Shown here: positions 1-13,324 of the stretch, piece by piece | Position numbering within the stretch: position 1 is the stretch's first letter | How the letters are laid out: every line of letters starts with the position of its first letter | DNA from: Ophelia neglecta | Lineage: Eukaryota | Direction: 5' to 3' | DNA: 64,000 nucleotides | NCBI GenBank assembly: GCA_965285935.1 | Contig: OZ260664.1 | Location: 85,808,001 to 85,872,000 of the forward strand | Notes under the pieces: generated by a model | Told to the model about the DNA's origin: nothing | The model's input: the letters and a program-made list of their open reading frames with translations, nothing else | The model's database searches: none | Position numbers and translations under genes: made by a program

Positions 1-2023
1 TGAATAAAACGCATATCTTGAAAGGTGTTTTCTGAAATATATCTGAGAAAATAAAGCCAGAATTGTGGATTTACGTTGAAAGTGTAACCTAGAGTAATTC
101 ACATGGCTCCAAAATTTTCGAAACTATATTTCTGTCGCTGTCAAAGTATAAGTTGTGAACGGTTTTCTTCTGTGATGCTGATATTTTTATAGTTTGTAAA
201 ATGGGGATGAAATACCGCCAGACACTCAAAATTCAGTTATCCAAACTTGTTTTTAAAATTGGTCAAAAATTAGAGAAACCGTCACCTGCAGACCAACCAC
301 TTTTATGTGGTTTATAATTAATTCCCAGATTTGTGATATTCAATACAATTGTGACCATAAGATTAAATAAAAGTAAAGAAAAACATAAAACTGTTTATTT
401 GAATCATTAAATAAAGTTTCCCATGACTATAGTTTATTTACCAATGGGTAAGCACCTCTTAAATAACTGCATTTAAATACTACTTAAACCCTTTCAATTA
501 AAGTTGTATAATATATTAATGTTTTGGTAATATTCGGCTCTTGCTTCACTTTATCCGTAATTCCGGAATTAATTTTTTTAAAGTGCCTGAATAGTACACT
601 GGGTCAGTAATATATGTTAAGGAGCGGGAAGGTAATCAATGGCGTCACAATGCTATATGACATCAGTGGTATTTTTTAACTCTGTAAGCTGCAATAGATA
701 TTTAAAAATAAACCTATAGCAATAAACCTGCTTCAATAAAATGTTCAATAAGTAAAATTTTCCTTTTTAAATGACCACTGAAACTTTAATTCCACAAATT
801 CACAATGCACATCACCACACCGGATTCCCATCGCCGAATCCACCCTTCCTGCCTATGTACAAAATCTACCACCTTCGAATGAAATTATTCAATCTTTGCA
901 AAAATATGTTCAATTAAAAGCATTCTTACAGAAGTGGAAGTCCAATTGTTAGGTGTGAGCAATCATCAGAGGTCAGACGTACTGGAAATTAATAGGGCAG
1001 AGGCTTCTTCTGCCATGAATGAGGTGGACGGTTAGAATAACTAACTAATGAGGCCAGAGGTGTGTTTCGTACATACATTTCGGGCCCCTCTACAGTATCA
1101 CCTGGGCTAGGCTCACCGTGCACCCTCTACCCAAGATCCTTCCACGGAAGGTATTTTTGGGCCTAAAGTGTATGCTGTACGGTTAATTGCCTGTCAACTT
1201 ACAGAGCTGCTTCTATTAACCTATTTATATTCTTGTAAATCTCCTTTTTGGAGGAATAAAACACAACAAACAAACAAACAAGAAAAAATGTAAAAATTGA
1301 ATATTTTACTTTGGACCTGCCTTTTTGGCTCAAAATACAAGGGAGCCCCCAAGTTTTGCTGTGGACACCGAAAAGAGACATTTGTAGATTATGGCAATTT
1401 TGCAGCTACTACTACTTTGCCCAAATTCAATATAAATTTTATTTTACATAAACAAATATATTGTTTTGTTGCAATTTTATCGATCTGATTATTAAAGAAA
1501 ACGAGTCGTTTTGAGTCTCTGGGCCTATTTTTCCGAAATGATGCTCAATTTATCATTCTGAAATACAGCCTGATTCTAAAAGTACAGTTTAGCCATGTTT
1601 CAGGTGACCATTGGTAAAATCTTTGTTGCTGTACTATTTTCCTTTTATTGGGTGCAAAATTAATCTGGATTACAGAATTATGTGTTCAAATAGGTCCTAC
1701 TATATCTCGGGATGGAACACATGCTGAGTCTACGCTTGGAAAAAATATGGCGAAAAGTGGTTTAATTAATCAAGCAACAATAAAGCCAAGGGCAACGATT
1801 TGAACCCTCCTCCCGCCTCCCGCTCATCTCCCCCTTCCTCCCTCACTCTTTACTCGACAAATAAGTCCACGCCCTACCCCCGGATACATACCAGCATCTC
1901 ATTAAAATGACCTCGAAAAAAACAGTTATCATAGATCATTTTGAATCATTTGAACCATTTGCTGCCTATATCTCTGTTTTCATTGTGTAACTTTAATGTC
2001 GCCGATCATAATTCCGTTATAAT

Positions 2024-2116
2024 AGCCTTGAAGTAAATCCTCCTCTCCAAGGAATGCTCTTTTTGGCCACTAGCTAAAGAGAGCAACCCATGGAGAGGAG
2101 GGTTCACTTCAAGGCT
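2024..2116. repeat. 93-bp imperfect palindrome (long hairpin)
   Basis: AGCCTTGAAGTAAATCCTCCTCTCCAAGGAATGCTCTTTTTGGC pairs with GCTAAAGAGAGCAACCCATGGAGAGGAGGGTTCACTTCAAGGCT over about 44 bp, with 4 mismatches and 3 G-T wobbles. Confidence 0.85.
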
Positions 2117-2487
2117 CTCAATTTCAAACTATGATTCGTGGATTCTATTCAACTATTAGATCACATTCAGTGAAAGGGAGCAATACTACTAAGGCCAATA
2201 AATCAATCTTACTGTGTTTCGCAAAGTTTGAATCATCACATGTCAATGTAAAAACGCTATATCAGAGATTTCGTCCATGAAAACAACAGTAGAATCACTT
2301 TTCACTAGTGATCCTCATGTGTATACTGTGTACAACCCTAACTATATGAAGGGCACTACAGACTTCAGTGTGTCAACACTATGAATAGACAGTATGAGTT
2401 AGATCAATGGCTATGGCTTAATAAGGGTCTTAATAAGCCCCGTTTTAATTGACAAGGTGGCCGAGTCTTCAGCGAGGTGCGCGACAG

Positions 2488-4190
2488 TGTTATAATTGAG
2501 TAGTTTTTAGTAGTCCGCCTATTTGCCCATAATATGTAAAGCGAAATTAGCAGCTCCGTTCATCGTCATCGACCGTGGTCTGGTAGTCATCTCGTGGCAC
2601 CGTGTTCAACGATTTCAATGCGGTTTTCTTCTACAAAGTATAAATAAACATAACTCGGTGTCAGATTGTGGATAAAAACTTGTTCGAAAGAGACAGCAAA
2701 ACATGGAGATTCAAAAGGAACTGGAGCAGATGAGTTTCAAAAAGATATTTCAGAAAAATTGGAAAAAAATCAAGATATGGGATGAACAGTACCAGAGGGC
2801 ATCTGGGCTGAGAGCAAGTGTGCAAGAAATATTTTTTCTGAACGAGATAGTGGAAAATTGGACCCTTCACATTAGCAGAAGCAAGGAACAATGAAAGTAT
2901 GAGGCATATGTAAAGAAATTCACAGAATATTGTACAAGCAAAAGGAATGTAGCACTAGAACTTTTAACTTTAATAAAATAAACCAGGAAACAGATGAATA
3001 TTGTGATCATTTTGTGTCTAAAATGAATACCGAACAGCCAAATGTGAGTTTGAGAATTAAAAGATTCGATGATGCTAAAGTTTTCTAATACGAAATAGAG
3101 TAGTAGTGTCAGTCAGAGACGAGAATACCAGAAAAAAGATTGCTACGCATAGCATAGGGAAAAGACTTGACGTTGGACAATAGGCTGAAAATAACAAAAG
3201 CAGCAGAAGTAATAATATCAATTAAAGCCCCAGAAGGAGAAGAAATAAAAGGCAAAATTCCAGTACCCCTCCCGCAAGATCTCAATAGCATGTAGATAAA
3301 GGACAAGGTATTAACATGAAGTCGGGAGGTCATGAAGTATTAAAAGACACAAATGTGGCAGGTGAGGAACAGGAGACGCCTCTGGCAACTGTCCGATATA
3401 CGGGAAAAGAAGTATACACCATCCTGGTCAATGGTGTAATCATAACAATGAAACTGAACATAAGCCAACAAAATTCACAGGAAGATTTCAAATATCTGAA
3501 GAGAATCAATGAAACTCTCAGAGGATACACTGGAGATAAAATTGTACTACTAGGGAAATGTGTCTTATCACGTAGCTACGACAAAGTCACTGGTCTATGT
3601 ATGTAAAGCAGCGTCGATAAGACTACTGGGTAGGTATCCTAGTGGAAACTAGTACTGGTTTAAATGACAATTAATGTAAGCAATTAAAGCGTCAGCTGAG
3701 TAATAGAATGAAATACACATGGACTGAGAACAATTAATACAAAATATAATCATATCTTTAAAGTATAAGTTGAACTACAAGAAGAGCATCATATATATAT
3801 TGATCCAAATATAACCCCAGTAAGGCATGCATGCAGGAAAATTCCATTCCCGCAGCAGAAAAAAAAATCCACAAATGAAATAGACAGAATGGAACGGAAC
3901 ACACGGGAGTTATAGACAAAAGTAAACTGATAGCCTCAGCTTCACAGCGATTGTAGAAAAAAACTGATGAGTATGTCAAGTCCCAAGCGTCTTAAATCCT
4001 GCTATCATGACCCCTTATTTTAAGTTGCTAGTAGAGAGAAAGTCATGGCAAAATCCGCTGATGCTAAAGTTTTCACGAAGCTTGATGCCTCTTGGAATTT
4101 TGGGCAAATGAAGCTTAATGAGCAGAGCAGTTATCTAACAACATTTAACACCCCTTTTGGAAGATATCGGTTCAAACGCCTACCATGCGT
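2488..4190 (+). mobile_element. Degenerate Gypsy/Ty3 LTR retrotransposon remnant (5' LTR, PBS, gag, protease-region and RT fragments)
   Basis: Putative LTR 2488-2655 is bounded by TGTTAT...ATAAC(T) with an internal AATAAA. It is followed by CGGTGTCAGATTGTGG, resembling the TGGTGTCAGAAGTGG tRNA-Leu PBS. Gag-like ORF from 2703 (NWKKIK...YQRASGL). RT fragment 4045-4188 MAKSADAKVFTKLDASWNFGQMKLNEQSSYLTTFNTPFGRYRFKRLPC is a typical Gypsy RT motif. Many stops and frameshifts; no 3' LTR seen. Confidence 0.85.
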
Positions 4191-4841
4191 TATCTAACAG
4201 TTGTGTTCTTGTTTTTCCTATCGGTTTATAAACGGCGGACATATATGCATTCGAAATAGTAACGTCATAGCCCAGATAGGTAAACTAGGTCAACAAATGG
4301 TTTGTCGAATTATGACTTGAATATGTAACTTTTCACAATTTCGTCCCAGTCGGTCAGTAACAAATTTAGATAATCAGCTGATTTGGCTATGTCGAGATTT
4401 CAGTTGATCTGACCCGGAATCAAATCATGCCACATTTTCTGAAACAAGATGAGGAAGTAAACTTTTATTTTTAAATAATCGGTGTACTAGTATCATTTTC
4501 ATTTTGATAAGCAGAAGAAAACTATTGTATATTGTCTACATAGTTTAACAAGTTTAAAAATACAATTACATGTCATCGTTTTATGCCAGAAATGCCTATT
4601 ACCGTGTAAGCTCAAGTTTTTCAAACACACGCCACGGCAAAGCATCAACGTGGCGTGGACTATTCGACAACTATATAGCCTCTGGTACTGTTAACCAAGA
4701 ACATTGGCGATAAGGAAATTCCGCGATATACAAAAGATTAATAAATCGTTATTCTTATATGTTCCTCAAAATTTTGATTTCAACAGCAACGAAAGATTTT
4801 TAACCAGTGGATCGAATTATAAATGGCATGTTTTCTTTTAG

Positions 4842-5002
4842 CTGGGACGAGTGGGACAATACCGTTTTTGGGGTCAGCGAGGCGGAGGCCATGCTCATGG
4901 ATCCTGAACACAAGATAGCACTGGAGTGCGTCTTCAAAGCGATAGAGAACGCCGGTATATGCACTGAAGACCTCTAGGACAGCATCACCAGTGAGTGTAT
5001 GG
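4842..5002 (+). pseudogene. Isolated type I PKS/FAS ketosynthase-domain exon with in-frame stop
   Basis: Between acceptor ttttcttttag and donor gtaagt it reads WDEWDNTVFGVSEAEAMLMDPEHKIALECVFKAIENAGICTEDL*DSITSECMG. This matches the KS consensus FDAxFFGISPxEAxxMDPQQRLLLExxxEALEDAGI...TGVFxG. TAG at 4975-4977. Confidence 0.8.
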
Positions 5003-5419
5003 GTAAGTAGGCATACCGTCTGATTTTCTCTCTCATCCAGCAAACGTAACGAGCCCTATTGCGCCAGAACGTAAAGCTAGCTATAACATCTCGATGATTG
5101 ACTATATAAGCCATAATTTGCCAATCATGCAATCAAATCCAAGACGTTTTCCGTGTCGGCTTCCATGTCCCAACCGAATGAGATTTGCTGTGCTCTGGTC
5201 GTGTTGTATTTACTTCATATTCCGATCCTTTATATTGGTTGCTTAAAGAGGATTACTTTTATCTGAGTGATTTCATTTTAAAATAGGCGAACATTCAAAA
5301 AGCTTATGTCGCAACTGTTCATTATGAAAATTTATTGCGTTTGCCGCTTCTCAAAAGGAATGTCTCATTTTCCGTTTCCAGCCTCAAGGTCACAGCGCTA
5401 CCCCCTAAGTTGAAATTAT

Positions 5420-6200
5420 CATCGTTCAAGGAAAGTGTTTTGGGAGCTATTTCTAAAATTTGAAACACTATTATCTCGACCTTTTATTATATGGCCCAAT
5501 CCTTTGTGCATGTGCTGACATGTTTTTCAATAACTTGCTTACAAAAGTGCTACAATATTTATTTGCGTTGGTTGAGGTTTGCTTAATTCAGAGATGTTAT
5601 ATCGGGGGGGGGGGGGGGGGGGGGTCTTGGGAAAACGCTTGTCCGGGAGTTGGGAAGATGCACTAGAAATTGGGTCTGGGGTATGGTGGTGCTTGGGAAA
5701 AGGTTTGTCCGGGAGAGGGGAGGTCCAAAACAAGCCCCCCTCCTGGAGGACAATTTCTGTAACACAAGCAAGAAAGGTGCTCAAGCACTCAACATTGTTT
5801 ACTTTATATTATAGCATTTTGTACCCTCACATCCATTATTGTATATAAGTACGGATTTGGTGCCAACTGATTTTTAAATTTCAACTGTAGTTAGCTTGCA
5901 ACAGAGGGCGGTGAGAGCAATCATGGCAGATCCGTATATGGCCCCCACAGCTCCTTTATTTGACGAATTAGAGATGCTAAATGTTCAAAGAATTGATATG
6001 CCTTAAGTTATGACTTTCCTCTTTAAATTATTACAGTCGCAAAATTTGCATGTGCCCAGAGCGTAAATTTCTTGAAAATTCGATTAAAAATAAGTAAGCC
6101 TTATTATGGAATCATCTCTATGGAATGATTGAGCATAAGTGTTGTATTTTTTTCGTATAAAAGGAACTTAACAATGTTTTAGCTGGAAAATGATGTAGCT
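5420..6200 (+). mobile_element. Highly degenerate LINE (L2/CR1-group-like) RT and 3' fragment
   Basis: Frameshifted QGSVLG near 5427; LFTLYYSILYPHIHYCI at about 5795-5845; LQQRAVRAIMADPYMAPTAPLFDELEMLNV at about 5896-5985. These match RT C-terminal motifs LYYSLIYPYLxYC and LQKRAIRII...HTxPLFxxLxIL. Interrupted by a poly-G segment with a CTTGGGAAAA..TTGTCCGGGAG direct repeat. Confidence 0.6.
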
Positions 6201-9200
6201 AATTTATGTCTTTAAACATCTAGATCCATAAATAGAAAAGAAATACTTGTAATTATGTGTTCTTTTTTTATCTCTATTGTAGATAAGTACTTTTTGAGAA
6301 TGTTACTTTGTATAACTAATGAGAGAGCATATACGCGAGTTGGCGTCCAGCTCTCATTTTCAAATGATATTTAATTTGTACATCATGAAAATATTACAGC
6401 TTAGTTTAGAACTGGATGCGATATCGTTTTGGTGTGGAATGGTTTGTTTTTCCTGTAGGTTTTACATGGGCAATAAACTCGGTATGGTACACGATTAGTT
6501 GACTCTGACACTCTCAGGGTTAGGCGATTGGGTATGACTCTAGAACAGTTTCAGGCCATTCTCACTTTTTATTTTTTGTTTTAAAAGCAAAAATAAAGTC
6601 CCCAAAAAAGTTTTCTACATACTATTGGTAGTACATCTGGCAGAAATGATTCTTATCCCACCATGAAATAGGAGTTTGCTACGTTCCAGGTAAACCGCCA
6701 CTTAAATTTCGGTTCCTCAACATCAATGATATACTACCAACGACGCCACTGACACGGCAAACAAAATTCACATTCTTTGCGTAAATGGTTTAATTTTAAC
6801 TCGTGATTAGCATGAAGATTCTTGCCCATACACATGCATTAATAATATACATAACATGTTAGCAAACAAAATAAATTAAACACACCTGGTTCAGGTGCTT
6901 TGTGTTACCATCATCATATTTCTTGCGATACTATCAGGTCAAATGTATTTGTATTTATATCGATTGTGCATCATTTAGATAAACATGTGACTATTAGTAT
7001 ATTTTGGTGTAAATAGTAGGCTATATCACAAATATTTTGTTACAATGGGTCTCTCATTTCCTTTAATCACCATTTTTTGGACTACTATATTAATTATACT
7101 TATGATTGTCTTAACATATCACATCATATCGCTCCCTGCCTACTTGCCAGTTTCCTGTGTGTTTTGGACTTAGTGCCATAGCAGATAAATCGCACCAAAT
7201 ATCAGTTAAGTATAAGTAGGGTTACTCCCTCATCCCATGCCATCATCTCACTTTTTATCCCACGCATATTTGTAAAAATTGTCTCAATGATTTATTTGGA
7301 AATTACCTCTTTTAACCTTGGCTTCTGTAAAATCCAAATTATGTAAATAAATATGTTTAAACAAAATTCAACAAAGTAAAGATAAGTCTAGAAGCATCAC
7401 CAAATTAATAAATATCAGATGGATGCGAGTGAGCGCCTGCAAACTTATAAACAAAATCTCTCAGTAAAAACATGTTATGACTCCCCCTGTCAGGGCATCC
7501 CCAAGTTCACAGCAAAAATAAATTTGATATCAAAATATAGAAGAAATTATTTAGAATAATCTTTTGATTTTCTTATTTAGATAGGTGGAAGTGGAATTGA
7601 TTATGTAGGATAAACAGAGGACAAAATGGCTGGTACAGAAAGAGTACTTTGTCAATTTAATTTGTCAATGGCCCTAAAATACAATATATTATATGGGTTA
7701 TAATACTGAAATATATACTGTATATCAATATCGTATTCAGCATTAACTTCACTTATTTAAACACACTGTTTTCAAGCTCAGGTGATAGATTAGTGTACTA
7801 GGCTAAATGCACTCTATCAATCTTCCTTATCACAATAAAAATAGTCTTGGTGCATGTAAGCAGATATACTACTGTATGGAAGCCTTGGTAGGCCTGACCG
7901 TGACACGTAGATAAGAATACCCATATGGATATTTATATAGAGCATGATTTTGTTGCGGTACTACTTCATCTGCATCATTTAACTGCACAAACTTTTTTCA
8001 CTACACTGAGAATGTAATGAACGGTTCATGGCACAAAAGTGTCACGTGTGAGAAAAAATCTATGTTAAAGTGTACCGCGTCAGGAAGGTTTGGGTATCGT
8101 ATTCTACGCCCCTCGGCACCTTATCAGGATAAACCACTTATGTGTTGAGCAAGCAATACAGATGGGTGTTCTGTATAAAAAGTCAAGAACTTGTTTATGT
8201 AACCCAGTGTGTAAACATTGCATTAATGTCCTAGACGTAAAAGCCCGTGTACAAACACCAAGTCGTGATTCGAATTCAACCAGAACCTTTGCGGTATATG
8301 AAAAGCGAATGTGCTTCAATCGTTTTCATTCATACTTGCCATGATTTTGCATGCAAAAAAAGTAATGATTTTATTTTAGGTATGCCGCCCAAAAATTGTT
8401 AACTGTAGTTCAGTGCATACGAGCTCTCATATTTTAACTTATGATTATTATACTGCCCTATCGCCACATACGAGTTGCTTATGGCAATCTCTTAAATAAA
8501 ACATGGTTTCAAACAATTTTAAATACTCAAAATTATTACACGATCCGAAGAGCTGTACTATGATTATCCCATTGATTTTATCAGATAGGTTTGTACTGAG
8601 ACACTGAGAATAAGCAAGCTGTACACCATTCTACCTGGTTAACAGCCAACTGTCCCCAGGTGTGGCATATATGCTTCCACCGACCTATATAATATGAAAA
8701 AAGAGTATGCATGAATAGGCAATGATCAAGACTTCAATACAGAGGTAAACCTTGGGTCAAGTGCCAATAAAGAACTTATAACTTGTGTAACGGTAAATAA
8801 TGAACGTTTGTTACTTTACACCAACATCCCTTATTCTTTCACTTCACTTTTTTTAATTAATGAGGGCTTTTTATGGTGCCCATGACAGGTATTGTCTTCT
8901 TCATACAAGTAGGACATGCGTAACCCGTGTGGAATTCAATAGGCCAATGAGCATAGTACAGAATATATTAAAGTGTTAATAAATATATTTCTTCAGACCA
9001 CTTGGTTATATGCCAATGAAGCACGAGGAATGTTAAGGCTGTGTGGCTGCCTTGTAGAGCTCATCACACCGGTTAGGGGAGAGTTATTTACACGCAATTA
9101 TTTCTCTTTCGCAGCACAGCAGCATAACACAGGCATACAGTCGCGCTTACATTATAAGGCAATGCAAAGGGTCACCTGTCCTACATTTAAAAGTTACCTA

Positions 9201-10964
9201 GTCCTTAAACACACCTCACTTTATTGAATCAGATTACAAGGGCTTCTGCGTTCAATGTTGATCATAATCATGAACTGATTGACATGAACAAAATACACAT
9301 GACGATAGCTATCTGGCTTTGGCTAAAGTGTTATGCTTGATGCATACATGATGCACACAAGTCCAATAGTCCTGTTCAAACAGCCGGGTAATAAACACAC
9401 TGACTAGGGAACTTAAGAGTCTGAAATGTCAATAGTTTTCACTTGTGTAAACTCAGTTTAAGCATATTCATTAATTTACCTACTTCGTCGCAGCCTAATA
9501 CGTCTTATAAGAAATCCCAGAACAACATTAAACCGATTCAAAACTAATCACACATTATTATTATTTAGCGTTTTTAAGAATTAAATGTATAGTTAGATAG
9601 CTACATAAACTTAATGAAGATCAATTTCAAGGATGTGAGAAAACATGTATATATTCCTAAATTGGAAGTGACGTTGCATACATCAGGCGGACTAATAAAT
9701 AAAAATCTTGTAGTGTCGTTGAAATGCGATCCCCAAACCGACTACAGATAGTCAATATGGCCGACGCTCCGATTATATTTGGATGAAAAGATCAAAATAA
9801 TGCAGGGTGGGACCATCATCGGATGATAGCGTACAGAGATATTTCTGGTACATTAAAAAAGGATGAATTCCTTTTTTTGTTTTTCTTCCCAAAATTGTTT
9901 CATATACACATTTGCTTAAAACATATCACGCTACGGTCTAGTCACCGCAACCGGTATTTAATAAAAGAACCACTGCAGAGTTAAATTATGTTTTTTGCTT
10001 AATCGCCAAAGATATTGTATTTATGAATACAGTAACGTTTATATTTGCGCTGATTAATAGTATGCATCTGGCATTCGGTTATAACGAAATTTTGATACGA
10101 TATACGACCTGCTAGACACTCGTGCTCGAATCCCAGTTCGGAAAGTTTGAACTAAGTTTACACTATATGAGAATATTCATACGTTGACGTTTCAGATTCC
10201 AAGCTCGCTATTTAGGGTTCAAATGTTCAAAAAAGGTTCATGACGGTTCAAACTGGAATATCAGACCCAAGCTTTCTATGCGACTCTTTTTCTCAACCTA
10301 TCATTGTTGTCGGTGGTTAAACTTTTATCAATATTCCTTAGGAATGTTTCTATTCAAATATATACATAACATGTGTCCAAATACCGTCTCCGACTTTATT
10401 TACTACAAACAAAAAGATTGAAGTATACCATTCGCCAGGCAAGGCAAGGCAATCACATATTCCACTGTAAAAGTCTTCGTTCTATTCAAAAGCTGTGCGA
10501 TTTCAGGATGTCACTATATGTAATGTATTTTTGTGTGGAAATTAGTGATTGTGTGATTCATACTTTAAAGTATCCTTAAAATGATACTTGTTGTCGAGTT
10601 AGGGTATTTATGTTTGCCCAGCGGCGTGTAATTGCATAGAATACATTTGTTATTCAAATATGTTTATGAGAACCGTATTTGCATGTATTGTACCGTTTTA
10701 TTAGCTGTTGCGTTACATTTTAATTCGTACAATCATGTTCCCATTCATCACATTATTTAGAATAATTATTTTCAAATGTTCATAACACACTTAATTCGCC
10801 CATTCAACTGTCTATTTTCTTTCCAATCCACATATTCTTTGTTTCAATACCACATTGAGCTTTTCATCGTACTTAATGAAATCCCACTTTTCTGTATCAT
10901 ATTGCTTCTAAGTTTATGGGATGTAGTTGGTCTTTCGTGTTGCCATCCTGATTTTCCATACCAC

Positions 10965-13324
10965 CTAGTTACCGAGGAAAGCTTGTATCTTTACACTGAT
11001 GGTATTGAATGTTGGTCTCATATCAGGGTTGTAATTCCAACAGTCGCGCATAAGTAGGTACCTATATAACATTAAAAAAATCCAGGGAGGACTTGTAATT
11101 AAACCATTACAATGCAATGCTTGTGTCCAATAAGTTTGCTTGTCCTTTGGTGTACGAGTAATAACGTTGTACATAGGCTATTCAACATGGCTGTAAATTA
11201 CATACACTTCTCTCGGGTTGAGAATGCTTTTTGGTAGAATTGCGCCTCCGACAATTTCTTTAATAGCGTCGTTGCGGTGTTTATCCTTAAGAGGCTCACA
11301 TCCTACAGAAAGATATGTTTTAACTGGGAGTCCTTAACTCGGGCAGGCATAAATCGATGTTATTTTGCATAAAATATTAGTACATAATGAAGAAGCAAGG
11401 AGGGTAAAGTGATGGGTCGGTGATGAATATCCCATAAATTAACAACTTGATGTTGATACTCAAATCAAACATTGCATATGTCTAAACTTGTTCCCTGAAA
11501 TAATCAGCAAAATTTATTGAATCACATTTTATTACTTAGGAATTGCATAAAGCTTGAATTATTTATGTCCGTTTGCCCTGATCTTATAGAACTGTACGTG
11601 AGCGATCATGTTTTTCGTTTAATGATCGGGGCATGACACAAAATTAAATCTAGGCGTATTGAGCGCGTTCAAAATAATGATTATTAATATGTCTGGTATA
11701 CAATTAGTGAATAATAATTGGGGATTTACGGAACATATTGTTTGGTCGTTAAGAAATGCTTATGCTTTAGTTCCTACCATGATTGTACAACTGCCACATG
11801 ACTACTCCAAACGCCCAAACGTCGGCCGACTGCCCGTACATACCATAGCTCAAAGTCTCCGGTGGCAACAAACCAATGGGCCATGTGGTCATCTGCAAAA
11901 CGTCGTGTGAATACAAACAGCCAACATTGTGTTGATAATGTTATTTGGGGTCGCGATTGCTTTGTTATAAGAGATTATGTATTATTTGCTGGAGACAGAT
12001 AAAGTAAATCGTGCTTCCAAGGAGTAATGGCAGGTGTAGCTGGCTTTCCGCTCAACCTTTTAACCCAAATCTGATATTATCTGATAATATGAAGCAATTT
12101 GCTATTATACTGTAGCATTGAAATGTTTTTTATTAATTATTATTTTGTTACTGTAAGTTTATATTTACTATTTTTATTTCGAGTACGCATTGTAAATTTT
12201 GCATTATGTAACAGAAGCACAATTTGGCGCAGTATCGTGTCCAGTAAGAAATTGCATTTGATTTAAATATCTGTGGCATCCTATACAATGTTAAGAAAAT
12301 TGATAATATTAATATTGTTTTATATTATTGTTTGAGTATTTATTTGTATCCAGGGGAAATTTAAAGGAAAACTGAGTCATTTTCTATTTTACGTAAAGCG
12401 GCAATGGAAACAATTTATCGTGAAAATACATTGGCTCTTCCAAACGCAAATAAGTGAAATGATTTCGTGTTACATAATTGTTTTGGAACTCACATCGGAA
12501 TCAGACTTTTCACAGTAGTGTTTCTCAACATCTTCAGAATGCCAGAATCCTCTCAGTTGCACGTTCATATGATGGGTAAGTAAAACTTTCTTCAGACATA
12601 AGTTTGGATGAAGGAAGCTAGGCTAAACGTAAAGAAGGACACAATATACTTCAGTTACCGACAAAACTATATGATTAGATAGATCTGACTTATTATGTCA
12701 ACGTACCGTATGCGTGTGGAGGAAGTCCAGTGCCATTGCAATATCCAATGACCACTTCAATATGAAACTCTGGTAGCTTTCAACGCTGATGCTATTCACG
12801 ACAAAGCTTTCCAGGTCGCAGTTAGCGGCGTATTCGTAAAAATTGTAGAGATAATCTGAAATAGAGTTATAGCAGATCTAATTGGGTACAGTTATTAATA
12901 CTGAACAGATATTTGTGTACATTACATTGGTCAGCAGAAGCATTTAAATACCTGCTGTAATGGTATATCCTACAAATGGTATGATGTATGGTGAAGGTCC
13001 GCAGTGTACACATGCTTTCAACTCACTCGTGGCCAGCTTGTACTCGACAAGATTTCCAAAAAGATCGTCTGCGAATATTATAGACACATTAAGGATTAAT
13101 TTTTACAAAACGATATTCACCTTGATTAGCTAAACACGAAAATCTACCGGTACAAGTTTTTTTCGAAAAATATGAGCATACTAACTTCTTGTTCGCTTGA
13201 CAACAGCTGACGCTTGACGTGACTTTCGGTCAGCTGCTGTCCACACCACTTTGAAAACCTCATTGCTTATTTTCTCCCCAATGAGAAATGAATCAGGGGA
13301 TATAATCAGCAGGTCCGCATCCGA
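10965..13324 (-). CDS. Tyrosine-kinase-fold (pseudokinase) domain of gene A, 7 exons
   Basis: IGEKISNEVFKVVW (Gly loop missing), AVVK, SELKA, FLHPNLCLKKVLL (HRDLAARN position), VQLRGFW (KIxDFG position), WPIGLLPPET, DVWAFG, CWNYNPDMRPTF. Confidence 0.9.
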
